From Anaerovoracaceae bacterium (GTDB taxonomy: Bacteria; Bacillota; Clostridia; Peptostreptococcales; Anaerovoracaceae): a stretch of 64,000 bases of DNA. The stretch spans positions 5,188 to 69,187 of the forward strand of contig JASBYX010000002.1 of NCBI GenBank assembly GCA_029983755.1. Reading direction: 5' to 3'. Below the pieces are notes generated by a model that did not search any database, was not told where the DNA came from, and saw nothing but the letters and a program-made list of their open reading frames with translations. The position numbers and the translations under genes were made by a program. Of the stretch, positions 39,480 through 49,590 are shown piece after piece. Each line of letters starts with the position of its first letter. Positions within the stretch are counted from its first letter, which is position 1.

Positions 39480-39667
39480 ATTTTGAATGCGCAGGGTAAC
39501 AGTTGCTGTATACATCGATGGAATAATTTTTGTGTGAAATGAATAGTCCGAACACTATTTGTAATACCGAACAATTTCCGACCTCTAAATTGTGCTTCGG
39601 GCCAAAAACGGAGAGACGAACTGCGCGACGACAATGTTTTGTTGAAAAAAATATAATAATGACTTTA

Positions 39668-39683
39668 TGGCACGATGATTGCT
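39668..39683 (+). promoter_or_regulatory. Sigma-54 (-24/-12) promoter of the ornithine operon
   Basis: TGGCACGATGATTGCT, GG-N10-GC. Confidence 0.85.
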
Positions 39684-39769
39684 ATAAATATAGATGGTCT
39701 GTCTTTGGACGAGCCATTAGAAAACTATTTCTAAAAACTTTCTAACAAACAGGAAAAGGAGATTTAAAA

Positions 39770-40831
39770 ATGAAGAATGTAAAAGTAATTCTTTGGGGAC
39801 TAGGCGCCATGGGTGGCGGAATTGGTAAAATGCTCACTAAGAAAAAGGGAGTTGACATCGTTGGTGCTATCGACATAGGTGACAAGGTTGGTAAGAGCCT
39901 TTATGATGTAGTTCCTGGAATCGAAAGGGGCGACAGAGAGGACGTTATCGTTGGTTCTCCTGAGGATGTTATTAAGGAAGGTTCTGCTGACGTTGTAATC
40001 GTTTGCACTAACTCTTTTACAAAGGACGTTTTCGACAAACTTGTTTTCGTAATGGAAAGAGGAATCAACGTTATCACTTCTGCTGAAGAGATGGCTTATC
40101 CACAGGCACAGGAACCTGAACTTGCTAAGAAGCTTGACGAGTGTGGTAAGAAGAATGGTGTTTCAGTTCTTGGAACAGGAATCAACCCTGGTCTTATCAT
40201 GGACCTTCTAGTAGTTCTATGGACAGGTGCTTGCGAGACAGTTGACCACATCGTATCAAGAAGAGTTAACAGCTTGTCCCCATTTGGGCCTGCAGTAATG
40301 GAAGAGCAGGGAATCGGCATGGAAGTTGAAGATTTCAACAAGAAGAAGGCTGAAGGAACAATGGCAGGACACGTTGGATTTGCTGAGTCCGTTGGAATGA
40401 TCGCTGATGCTCTCGGATGGGAACTTTCAGATTTCAAACAGGACATGGAGCCAATCGTAACTGATGTTGACAGAAAATCACCTTACGGATTTGCTAAGGC
40501 TGGTCAGGTTGCCGGCGTTGCAATGAAGGGCTGGGGCTATGTTGATGGCGAAATGAAGATCGAAATGGATCACCCGCAGCAGATCGAGCCTGAGCAGGTT
40601 GGAATCCACACAGGAGACTACGTTGAAATTCAGGGCAACCCACCTGTAAACATGGCAAACACTCCTGAGATCGAAGGCGGAATCGGAACAATGGCGATGA
40701 TCATGAACTGCATTCCACATGTAATCAACGCAAGACCAGGTCTAAGAACCATGCTTGACATTCCAGTACCTAGAGCAATCATGGGAGACATGAGACACAT
40801 GATCGAAGAGGACTGCAAGCTGGTTAAGTAA
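39770..40831 (+). CDS. ord: 2,4-diaminopentanoate dehydrogenase
   Basis: WGLGAMG Rossmann motif, LGTGINPG, SPFGPAVMEEQG, GHVGF; operon context. Confidence 0.93.
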   Translation: MKNVKVILWGLGAMGGGIGKMLTKKKGVDIVGAIDIGDKVGKSLYDVVPGIERGDREDVIVGSPEDVIKEGSADVVIVCTNSFTKDVFDKLVFVMERGINVITSAEEMAYPQAQEPELAKKLDECGKKNGVSVLGTGINPGLIMDLLVVLWTGACETVDHIVSRRVNSLSPFGPAVMEEQGIGMEVEDFNKKKAEGTMAGHVGFAESVGMIADALGWELSDFKQDMEPIVTDVDRKSPYGFAKAGQVAGVAMKGWGYVDGEMKIEMDHPQQIEPEQVGIHTGDYVEIQGNPPVNMANTPEIEGGIGTMAMIMNCIPHVINARPGLRTMLDIPVPRAIMGDMRHMIEEDCKLVK

Positions 40832-41133
40832 TCATAATAGAGAGAATTTAGCTTAGTCTGAAACTTGAATATTCGAGGTAAGACTAAGGTTGAGAGAACA
40901 AAATATTTTGCTGCGGTACCGGGGCTTTGGTTGTTTGAGGAAGTCTACTCTTTAGGCAGATCGGACGTGCAAATTCAAGGGCAATCAAGAAACCTCGGTG
41001 CTCCGGCAAAATTTGACATATTGTCACGAAATTTTAGGCATATTGTCAATTGAAAATTGAGAAATTTAAGCTAACATCTTTAGATTTTAGCTAGGATATT
41101 TTAAACTAAGACATTTAGGAGATTAAGGAGAGA

Positions 41134-41439
41134 ATGATGGCAAAAAAAGGCGATTGGGTAAGAATCCACAGCATCGTCCTCAAAGCTGATGAGAGAACTG
41201 CCAAGATTCCTGCAGACACCCAGAAGTGTGATCTGGAAATGTGGACAAAGGGATTCCTGACTGAAGATGCTGAAATCGGTGATGAAGTTAAAGTTATTAC
41301 TGCATCAAACAGAGAAGAAAAGGGAAAGCTAATCGAGGTTGACCCATACTATACTCACAGCTACGGAAAGTTTGTACCTGAAATCGTTCAGATCGACAAG
41401 CAGCTTAGAGAAATCATGGATTTTGGAGGTGACAAATAA
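41134..41439 (+). CDS. ortA: 2-amino-4-ketopentanoate thiolase alpha subunit
   Basis: KKGDWVRIH, P.DT, MWTKGFL, YTHSYG. Confidence 0.93.
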   Translation: MMAKKGDWVRIHSIVLKADERTAKIPADTQKCDLEMWTKGFLTEDAEIGDEVKVITASNREEKGKLIEVDPYYTHSYGKFVPEIVQIDKQLREIMDFGGDK

Positions 41440-42851
41440 TGACATTGGCTAAAGACTATGATTCCGTAATGGGAAGATCTAACGACATAATGAAGGAAGC
41501 CCTAGGACTTGACTACAACGAGTTTGAGCAGGGTGGAGTTAAATTCGACTATGAGGCTCTGATGAAGTCCACAGGTTACACTTTGGACGAAGTTGCTAAG
41601 ATTCAGGCAAAAACAGCCGTTGGTAACACACCACTCATCGAGCTTAGAAACCTATCTGCACTGACCAGAAAGTATGCAAAGCCTGGCTATGGTGCTAGAA
41701 TCTTTGCAAAGGACGAAGCTGCTAACGCTTCCGGAAGTTTCAAGGCAAGAAGAGCTGCTTGTGCAGTTGCTCATGCTAAGAAGCTGGGATACAAGGGTGT
41801 TATAGCTGCAACATCAGGTAACTACGGAGCAGCAGTTGCATCTCAGGCGGCAATGCAGGGCCTTGAGTGCATCATCGTTCAGGAGTGCTATGACTCCCAC
41901 GGAGTTGGACAACCTGAAATCGTAGAGAAGGCAAGAAAGTGCGAAGCATATGGAGCAGAAGTAATTCAGCTTACAGTTGGACCTGAACTTTTCTACACCT
42001 TCCTATCAGTTTTGGAAGACACAAAGTATTTCAACGCTTCACTGTACTCACCATTTGGAATTGCCGGAGTTGAAACTCTCGGATACGAGATTGCAACACA
42101 GTGTCGTGAACTAATCGGCAAAGATCCTGACATGGTAATTTGTACAAATGCCGGTGGTGGTATGATGACAGGTACTGCTAGAGGTCTTATCAAGGCAGGA
42201 GCTGTTGACACTAAATTAGTTGCAGCATCCATTGACCTGACAGGACTACACATGGCTTCAGATGAGCAGTTCAACAAGAAGTCTTGCACAACAGGACACA
42301 CAGGATTCGGAGTTCCTTACGCAACAGATCCTGACCACTCAGATGTTCCAAGAAGTGCAGCAAGACCTCTAAGATACATGGATAGATATGTAACAGTAAC
42401 TCAGGGTGAGGTTATGTATATGACAGAAGCTCTTGCAAACCTTGAAGGAATTGAAAGAGGACCTGCTGGAAACACAGCCCTTGCTGCTGCATTCTCACTA
42501 GCTAGAGAATTGCCTGAAGATGCTGTAATCGTAATCAGTGAGACTGAGTACACAGGTGCCGGAAAGCACATCCAGCCACAGCTTTCTTTTGCAAGAGATA
42601 ACGGCATAGAAATCAAATTCGGAAACCCTCAGGAAGAGGATAAACCTGGTGTAAACATTGTACTTCCAAAGGATCCAAGCTTCGTACAGCACAAGGAAGC
42701 TGATATCAATCACTTCAGGAAGAGACTTATCACAAAGGCCGTTCAGAAGGCCGGCCTAGAACCAAAGGATCTCAAGGCTGATGATTTCGAGTTCTTGGCA
42801 GCTGAAACTAAGACAGACGAGGCTTTCGTTAAGGAAGCACTTGGGCTATAA
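41439..42851 (+). CDS. ortB: 2-amino-4-ketopentanoate thiolase beta subunit (PLP)
   Basis: GNTPL, KDEAANASGSFKARR, ATSGNYG, ERGPAGN. Confidence 0.94.
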   Translation: MTLAKDYDSVMGRSNDIMKEALGLDYNEFEQGGVKFDYEALMKSTGYTLDEVAKIQAKTAVGNTPLIELRNLSALTRKYAKPGYGARIFAKDEAANASGSFKARRAACAVAHAKKLGYKGVIAATSGNYGAAVASQAAMQGLECIIVQECYDSHGVGQPEIVEKARKCEAYGAEVIQLTVGPELFYTFLSVLEDTKYFNASLYSPFGIAGVETLGYEIATQCRELIGKDPDMVICTNAGGGMMTGTARGLIKAGAVDTKLVAASIDLTGLHMASDEQFNKKSCTTGHTGFGVPYATDPDHSDVPRSAARPLRYMDRYVTVTQGEVMYMTEALANLEGIERGPAGNTALAAAFSLARELPEDAVIVISETEYTGAGKHIQPQLSFARDNGIEIKFGNPQEEDKPGVNIVLPKDPSFVQHKEADINHFRKRLITKAVQKAGLEPKDLKADDFEFLAAETKTDEAFVKEALGL

Positions 42852-42890
42852 AAAATGATCGTTAATGTTTATTAATAAGGAGATTAAAGA

Positions 42891-43256
42891 ATGAGAAGAG
42901 AAGACGATTTTCAAGAAAGGCGCAAACACATTGCCAATCTTACCGACCAGGAGCTTTATGATCGCTTCTGGGAACTTACTGCTCAGGTAGTAGATCCCCT
43001 ACTGGAGATGGGTAGAAAGAATACTACACCATCCGTTGAGAGAGCTGTTCTTTTGAGAATGGGAATTTCTTCCCTTGAAACTCAGAAGATCGTAGAAGGA
43101 TGCATGGACAAAGGACTCATGGGAAAAGGAGCCGGTCACTGCGTTTACAAGCTTTCCAAGGAGCTTGGAATATCCATTCCTGAAGCCGGCACTATGCTTG
43201 CTGAAGGAAAGGGCTGGGACACAGTTGCAGCAGCTTTCAAAGGAGGTAAGAAGTAA
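42891..43256 (+). CDS. oraS: D-ornithine 4,5-aminomutase subunit S
   Basis: RREDDFQERRKH, TTPSVERAVLLRMG, GLMGKGAG. Confidence 0.94.
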   Translation: MRREDDFQERRKHIANLTDQELYDRFWELTAQVVDPLLEMGRKNTTPSVERAVLLRMGISSLETQKIVEGCMDKGLMGKGAGHCVYKLSKELGISIPEAGTMLAEGKGWDTVAAAFKGGKK

Positions 43257-45514
43257 TGGCAGATATGATTCTTAAGCGTAACGAAAAAATCAATGTTAGG
43301 GAGATCCTCAAGGACCTTGACAAGTATGAGCCAAGGAGAAGAGGTTGGCACTGGAGAGAGCCTGCTCCAAACCTAAAGATGTACGAGTTCACTTACAAGG
43401 ATGTTTCTAAGCCTTTGAAGAACTATGTCGGATTGCCACCTGCAAAATTCTTTGATAACATCGACCCTCAGCCACTACCTGTAATCACTACTGAGATTGC
43501 ATCAGGACGTTTTGAGGACGACATCAGAAGAATGAGAATGACTGCATGGCACGGTGCTGACCATATAATGGTAATCAGACACATGGGACAGTCTCACATT
43601 GACGGCCTGATGGAGGGTACTCCACAGGGTATCGGTGGTGTTCCTATCACAAGAAAGCAAGTTAGAGCTCAGAGAAAGGCTCTAGACCTTATCGAGGATG
43701 AAGTTGGTCGTCCAATCAACTATCACTCCTATGTATCCGGCGTTGCAGGACCTGACGTTGCTGTAATGTTTGCTGAAGAGGGTATCAACGGTGCTCACCA
43801 GGACCCTCAGTACAACGTACTTTACAGAGACATTAACTGCGTAAGATCCTTTGTAGATGCTTGCGAATCCAAGAAGGTTATGGCATGGGCAGAGATCCTT
43901 CAGATCGACGGTGCTCACAATGCTAACGCAACTGCAAGAGAGGCATGGAAGGTAATGCCTGAGCTTATCGTACAGCACGCTATCAACTCTCTGTTCTCAG
44001 AGAAGGTTGGTATCAAGCCTGAAAACATCAGCTTGTCCACAGTACCTCCAACAGCTACTCCTGCTCCTTGTATGTACTATGACCTGCCATACGCTGTAGC
44101 TCTTAGAGATTTCTGCGACAGATACAAGATGAGAGCACAGCAGAACACTAAGTATATCTGCTCATCTGTAAGAGAAGCTACTGTGACTCACGTAATGAAC
44201 ATGGTTATTTCCAAGCTGACAAGAGCAGACATCCAGTCAACTATCACTCCTGACGAAGGAAGAAACGTTCCATGGCATATCTACAACGTAGAGGCTTGTG
44301 ACAATGCTAAACAGGCTCTTATCGCAATGGACGGTCTGATGGAAATGGTAGAGCTTAAGAAAGACGGTCCACTTCCAGAGACAGTTAGAGACCTCAAAGA
44401 GAGAGCTACTTTGTTCATGGAAGAGATCATCGAAGTTGGCGGATACTTCCAGGCAGTACAGGAAGGGTTCTTCGTAGACTCAGCTAAGTACCCTGCTAGA
44501 AACGGTGACGGTATCGCAAGAAAGATCGAAGGCGGTATAGGATACGGATTCATCTTTGAAAGAGATGAGGACTATATGGCTCCTGTAACAGCTCACTTTG
44601 GATACAACAACGTTGAGCAGTACGGTGGAGATCCTGAGAACCCATCAGCTCTAATCGGCGGATGTACTTTCGAAGACAGAAGCAAGATCGTATTCATCGA
44701 TGAGCTTGACGAGGATAACGTAAACACCAGACTTGAGAAGGTTGCTAAGTACCACGATGGAAAGGCTATCATTCCTGAAGTTGAGTGGTGTGGTGACGGT
44801 ATCATCCTACTTACAATGATGGTTCCATCAGAGAGAAGAATGGCAGAAGCTGTTGCTCTTGAAATCGGTAAGAAGCTTGGCCTTGAAAGCTGCGAGGTTA
44901 CTTCTAAGGAAATCATGCAGGATGCAGAGGGTACAAGAATTGAGATGAAGGGTAAGGTACCATTTGATATAGATCCATCAACTCTCGTAATTCCACCGGA
45001 ACCATTCAGACTTGACGATGCTACTTTGTTCAAGGAAATCGAAGAGCATCCTGTAAGAGTTGTTTGCGGAACAGTTGGAGAAGACGAACACTCTGTAGGA
45101 CTTCGTGAGATCATCAACATCAAGCACGGTGGTATCGAGAAGTGGGGCGTTGAGGTTCACTATCTTGGAACTTCAGTTCCTGTAGAGAAGCTTGTAGACG
45201 CAGCTGTTGAGCTTGATGCTGACGCAATTCTTGCATCTACAATCATTTCTCACGACAATGTTCACTACAAGAACATGAAGAGAATCAATGAGCTGGCAAT
45301 AGAAAAAGGTATCAGAGACAAGGTTATGATCGCTGCCGGTGGAACACAGGTTGTTCCTGAAGAAGCGGTTAAGACCGGTATCGACCAAGGATTCGGAAGA
45401 GATTCCCACGGTATCGACGTTGCAACATTCCTAGTTGAAGAGGGCAGAAGACGTCGTGGCGAAAAGACTTTCGAGGAAATCCAGAGGGAGAAGGAAGCTG
45501 AGGAACTGGCATAA
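43256..45514 (+). CDS. oraE: D-ornithine 4,5-aminomutase subunit E (AdoCbl/PLP)
   Basis: EIASGRFEDD, HQDPQYN, B12 motif EDEHSVG, IKHGGIE. Confidence 0.96.
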   Translation: MADMILKRNEKINVREILKDLDKYEPRRRGWHWREPAPNLKMYEFTYKDVSKPLKNYVGLPPAKFFDNIDPQPLPVITTEIASGRFEDDIRRMRMTAWHGADHIMVIRHMGQSHIDGLMEGTPQGIGGVPITRKQVRAQRKALDLIEDEVGRPINYHSYVSGVAGPDVAVMFAEEGINGAHQDPQYNVLYRDINCVRSFVDACESKKVMAWAEILQIDGAHNANATAREAWKVMPELIVQHAINSLFSEKVGIKPENISLSTVPPTATPAPCMYYDLPYAVALRDFCDRYKMRAQQNTKYICSSVREATVTHVMNMVISKLTRADIQSTITPDEGRNVPWHIYNVEACDNAKQALIAMDGLMEMVELKKDGPLPETVRDLKERATLFMEEIIEVGGYFQAVQEGFFVDSAKYPARNGDGIARKIEGGIGYGFIFERDEDYMAPVTAHFGYNNVEQYGGDPENPSALIGGCTFEDRSKIVFIDELDEDNVNTRLEKVAKYHDGKAIIPEVEWCGDGIILLTMMVPSERRMAEAVALEIGKKLGLESCEVTSKEIMQDAEGTRIEMKGKVPFDIDPSTLVIPPEPFRLDDATLFKEIEEHPVRVVCGTVGEDEHSVGLREIINIKHGGIEKWGVEVHYLGTSVPVEKLVDAAVELDADAILASTIISHDNVHYKNMKRINELAIEKGIRDKVMIAAGGTQVVPEEAVKTGIDQGFGRDSHGIDVATFLVEEGRRRRGEKTFEEIQREKEAEELA

Positions 45515-45602
45515 GCCGGAAAGGGGCAAAGGGCTGGAGAAGCCTTCCCGAAACGGGCATATGATTATATCAGAATCTATTAGCTAACGCATAATATATG
45601 AG

Positions 45603-45652
45603 AACAAAACAGTCGTCTGTCGGGCATTGTGCTTCGGAGGCGGCTGTTTTGT
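45603..45652 (+). terminator. Terminator after oraE
   Basis: ACAAAACAGTCGTCT ... AGGCGGCTGTTTTGT. Confidence 0.7.
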
Positions 45653-45736
45653 GTTTGTGCATTTGGGTAAAATGAGAACAGAGTTATAGGCAAAGCAATT
45701 TTGGTAAAAGTTGAAATTAAAAAAAGGGAGAGGCAA

Positions 45737-45838
45737 ATGGATTACAGAAGATTTGGGGATGTCATTGTGGCAAGAATCGATAAAGGCGAAGAGATTAGCG
45801 AACAGGTGAAGGAAATTGCATTAAATTTTAAACTTTAA
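45737..45838 (+). pseudogene. Truncated N-terminus of a PPC/DUF296-domain protein
   Basis: RBS GGGAGAGG then MDYRRFGDVIVARIDKGEEISEQVKEIALNFKL*; resembles PPC-domain N-termini. Confidence 0.65.
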
Positions 45839-45909
45839 ATTCATTGGCAATAATGTTACAATTATATCAAGTTATTTTTTTATACGATATTCATTGGAGG
45901 TTATGCACA

Positions 45910-47721
45910 ATGCGAATCAAAAAAATTCTGCCGATTTTACTTGCAGTAATCGTAGTTTTTGGCTATTCAGTCCCTGCAATGGCCTGCACAGGACTTTATG
46001 TTGGTAGCGACTATAGCCAGAACGGAAGCACTTACTTTGGAAGATCGGAAGACCTAAACAACAACGGAATTAAGGTTTTCGGAGTACAGGAAGCAAAGGA
46101 CTGGCCGGAAGGCACAGTATACACTGACAACGATGGTTTCACCATGCCTATGCCGGCACACACTTTCAAGTACTCATATATGAGGGACTCAAAGAATTAT
46201 ACCCCTGCTCCAACTGATGGAAATGGAAACGTACTGGGTCAAGCATATGGAGAAGTCGGAGTAAACGAGAAAGGCGTTTCTGTTTCTGCAACGGTGAGCA
46301 CATATGCCAAAACTGAGATTGTAGGAAACGAGAAGGCCGGCATTAAAGGTCTAGATCCACTTGTTAAGGGAGGAATAACTGAAGTTTCCCTTGGAAGCCT
46401 GCTTTTGGGAATTTCCGAGTCAGCAAGGGATGGAGTTGTGAAGCTTGCTGCCATAATTGATAAGTATGGTGCCGGTGAGAACAATTCTCTAATGATAGGA
46501 GATCCTAATGAAGTTTGGTATGTGGAAATTCTAAGCGGTCATCAGTACGCAGCCATCAAGTTGCCTGCAAACAAGGTATCTGCACAGCCGAATATGATTC
46601 TCATGGGAGCAATCGATGTAAACGATAAGGAAAATGTTATCGTTTCTCCAAACCTTGTAAAGCTTGCTGAAGACAACGGATTCCTAGTTAAGGACGAGAG
46701 CGGAAAGATCGATGTTGCCCTAACTTACAGAGGCACAATTGCAGATAGCCAGAAGAAAAATGGAAACTTGACACGTTACTGGATGGCAGGTAACTACCTG
46801 AATCCGGGGCTATTTGGTAACGAGTCACTTGAAAGCTTCAGAGGAGATGGAAGCCAAGTTAAGCTCTTATTTGATGCGGACAGAAAGCTTACCACAGCAG
46901 AAGTTTTGAACATCCTAAAGCAGAGAGGAATCGGGACTAAGTACGACCATACAGTGGATAATAAAATCTATCCTGTAGGTAATGAAAACCAGATGGAAGT
47001 ACACGTATTTGAGAAGAGAGCTAATAAGCCTTTAGAGCTTACAACCGTGCAGTGGCAGGGAATGGCTGATGCTCCTTACACAGTTTTCATCCCATACTAT
47101 ACAGCTTTGATGTCCAAGGTTAACCCTAAGTATGAGGAAGATGGAAACGAAACCTATGTAGATGGTTCTATGCATTGGTTGTTTAATGATTTGAATGAGC
47201 TGTGCATGCATCATTACAGCCCTCAGCTTGAGAAGGGTGTTAGGGAATATCTTGATCTGATACAAAACAGCTTGATTGATCAGCAGGCCGAACTGGATGC
47301 TCACATTCAGAATGAGCTGGCAAATGGTCATGATCAGGCCCAGGCAGAAGCAGATAGACTCGGTGTAGATATTTCCGATCAGGTGTACGATCTCGTTAAG
47401 GCACTGAGGGATGAAGTTAGAACGTACATAAACAGTAACGATACGTCTAAGGACTTTGTTGCTTCAGGATTTACAAAGAATCTGGTTCCTAAGTACAATT
47501 TCACCAAACCGGCAGATCCAAAGGATCCCAAGGTCGAAGAGAAAAAGGCCGAATCAGAAGCAACCGGTACTGTGACAGATGATAAAGACAACAAAAATCA
47601 CGATAAGGATCACAAGGATAATGTAAATACGGGAGATAAGGCTCCAATCACTATTCTGATCGTAGTCGTTGTAATTGCAGCGATAGCACTTGTTGTAACT
47701 TTTATAAAAAGAAGGAAATAA
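45910..47721 (+). CDS. Cell-wall-anchored C69-family (Ntn-hydrolase) dipeptidase
   Basis: Signal peptide ending AMA then catalytic CT; GRSED, GVNEKGV, SGHQY; C-terminal VNTGD + TM + KRRK sorting signal. Confidence 0.88.
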   Translation: MRIKKILPILLAVIVVFGYSVPAMACTGLYVGSDYSQNGSTYFGRSEDLNNNGIKVFGVQEAKDWPEGTVYTDNDGFTMPMPAHTFKYSYMRDSKNYTPAPTDGNGNVLGQAYGEVGVNEKGVSVSATVSTYAKTEIVGNEKAGIKGLDPLVKGGITEVSLGSLLLGISESARDGVVKLAAIIDKYGAGENNSLMIGDPNEVWYVEILSGHQYAAIKLPANKVSAQPNMILMGAIDVNDKENVIVSPNLVKLAEDNGFLVKDESGKIDVALTYRGTIADSQKKNGNLTRYWMAGNYLNPGLFGNESLESFRGDGSQVKLLFDADRKLTTAEVLNILKQRGIGTKYDHTVDNKIYPVGNENQMEVHVFEKRANKPLELTTVQWQGMADAPYTVFIPYYTALMSKVNPKYEEDGNETYVDGSMHWLFNDLNELCMHHYSPQLEKGVREYLDLIQNSLIDQQAELDAHIQNELANGHDQAQAEADRLGVDISDQVYDLVKALRDEVRTYINSNDTSKDFVASGFTKNLVPKYNFTKPADPKDPKVEEKKAESEATGTVTDDKDNKNHDKDHKDNVNTGDKAPITILIVVVVIAAIALVVTFIKRRK

Positions 47722-47766
47722 GGAAGTATAGAGGTTAGCCCTAACCCTTATTCAATAAAGTATAAT

Positions 47767-47806
47767 AAAGTCCTGATATCCTTTGCGGATAATTCAGGAC
47801 TTTTTT
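47767..47806 (+). terminator. Terminator after C69 peptidase
   Basis: AAAGTCCTGA ... TCAGGACTTTTTT. Confidence 0.75.
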
Positions 47807-47956
47807 CGTGTTTCATGGTATAATATCGAATAGATGAATCAAATTTAAAAGAGCGAATTAAAAGCTGTTTATCAAGGGAAGGAAACGCCCTTAAACAGGG
47901 AAATCAAAAGCAATTTAAATAGCAGAAAGTTTACGAAAGAAGGAGACAAAGAGCAT

Positions 47957-49588
47957 ATGAAAGTAGATGTACTAGTAGCAGAAATCGGCTCGACCACAAC
48001 AGTTGTAAACGCTTTTAAGGATTTAGATACGGACCACCCTGAGTTCTGGGGCCAGGGACAGGCTCCAACCTCAGTAGTAGAAGGCGATGTTAGAATCGGT
48101 CTTCAGGGAGCTGTTGACGACCTGTGCAAGAACAAGGGCATCGATAGCGTTGAATACGACATGATGCTGGCAACATCATCAGCAGCAGGTGGACTTAAGA
48201 TGACTGTTCATGGCCTTGTGTACGACATGACAGCAAAGGCAGCGAAGGAAGCAGCCCTCGGAGCAGGAGGTATTTTGCACTATGTAACTGCCGGGAAACT
48301 CCGAAGGACAGATCTTAAGAGAATCAAGGAGATAAATCCTAACCTGATTTTGCTTGCCGGAGGTGTTGACTATGGTGAGAGAGACACAGCTATTTACAAC
48401 GCAGAGATGGTGAGATCTCTAGGGCTAAAGGCACCGGTTGTCTATGCCGGAAACGTGGAGAATCAGGAGGAGATTGAGCTAATCTTCGATGAGGAGAGCG
48501 GTCAGGAACTATATAATATTGAAAATGTGTACCCCAAGATTGACACTTTGAACGTAGAGCCTTGTAGGAGGGTGATACAGGATGCATTTGAGAAGCATAT
48601 AATCCACGCACCGGGGATGGAGCATGTTAGAGACATGGTCACAGGTCCGATTATCCCAACTCCGGGGGCAGTAATGGAATGCACCAAGCTTTTGTACGAA
48701 TGCATAGGAGATTTGATTGTTTTGGACGTTGGAGGCGCTACCACTGACCTTCATTCAGTTGCATCAGAGGCAGACCAGGTTGCAAGAATATTAGTTTCGC
48801 CAGAACCAAAGGCTAAGAGAACTGTAGAGGGAGACTTGGGAGTTTACGTAAACCGAATGAAAGTCATCGAATCCATCGGCGAGGAGAAGCTCAGGGAAGA
48901 GTGCAAAGAAATGGGCATCGACCTTGACAAGACCCTTGAGAGCTATGTTGCAATACCTAAGAATGAGGACGAAATCAAGCTGGTAGAAAGGCTGACCAAA
49001 GAAGCTGTTCTCAAGGCTGTAGAACGACACGCAGGTAAAATCAGATATATCTATGGCCCAAGTGGTAGGAGTACAGTTGCTGAGGGCAAGGATCTGACTC
49101 AGGTAAGATGGATTATCGGTACAGGTGGTGCTCTAACAAGGTTACCAAACCGTGTGAAGATAATGGAAGAAATTGCAAAGCACAATGAATCCGGAATGCT
49201 TTTGTTCCCATCTAAACACGCTCAGATCCTTGTCGATAATATGTACATCATGTCATCCCTTGGAGTTCTAAGTATGACTCATAGAGAGGGAGCCATCAAG
49301 CTTCTAGAACAGACTCTCGGAATGAGCTTTGAGGGCAAGGCACCTAAGAAAGATGAAGAGCCGATTTATATCAGAGAGCTATGGAGAGAGGAGCAGGAAG
49401 CCAAGGAGAAGGAAGCCCAGAAGCAAAAGGAAATTGAAGAGATGGAAGCCATGGGCTACGATATGAGCGACTACAAGGGAGAAATCGAGGTTTGCTCCAT
49501 TAAGAATCACGCCCAGAAGAAGATGGAAGAGAAACAGAAACAGGAACAGGGAAAAGAAGATAAAGAAAGTGTTGAAAAGGAGAAATAG
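47957..49588 (+). CDS. GlmL/MutL-related ornithine aminomutase reactivating factor
   Basis: AEIGSTTT, SSAAGGL, DVGGATTD, KRTVEGDLG, IGTGGAL; charged C-terminal tail. Confidence 0.9.
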   Translation: MKVDVLVAEIGSTTTVVNAFKDLDTDHPEFWGQGQAPTSVVEGDVRIGLQGAVDDLCKNKGIDSVEYDMMLATSSAAGGLKMTVHGLVYDMTAKAAKEAALGAGGILHYVTAGKLRRTDLKRIKEINPNLILLAGGVDYGERDTAIYNAEMVRSLGLKAPVVYAGNVENQEEIELIFDEESGQELYNIENVYPKIDTLNVEPCRRVIQDAFEKHIIHAPGMEHVRDMVTGPIIPTPGAVMECTKLLYECIGDLIVLDVGGATTDLHSVASEADQVARILVSPEPKAKRTVEGDLGVYVNRMKVIESIGEEKLREECKEMGIDLDKTLESYVAIPKNEDEIKLVERLTKEAVLKAVERHAGKIRYIYGPSGRSTVAEGKDLTQVRWIIGTGGALTRLPNRVKIMEEIAKHNESGMLLFPSKHAQILVDNMYIMSSLGVLSMTHREGAIKLLEQTLGMSFEGKAPKKDEEPIYIRELWREEQEAKEKEAQKQKEIEEMEAMGYDMSDYKGEIEVCSIKNHAQKKMEEKQKQEQGKEDKESVEKEK

Positions 49589-49590
49589 GA

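Noticed and set aside
40865..41053. 62-aa ORF between ord and ortA
   Set aside because: TTG start without a clear RBS, no family motif, and it coincides with hairpin-forming sequence.
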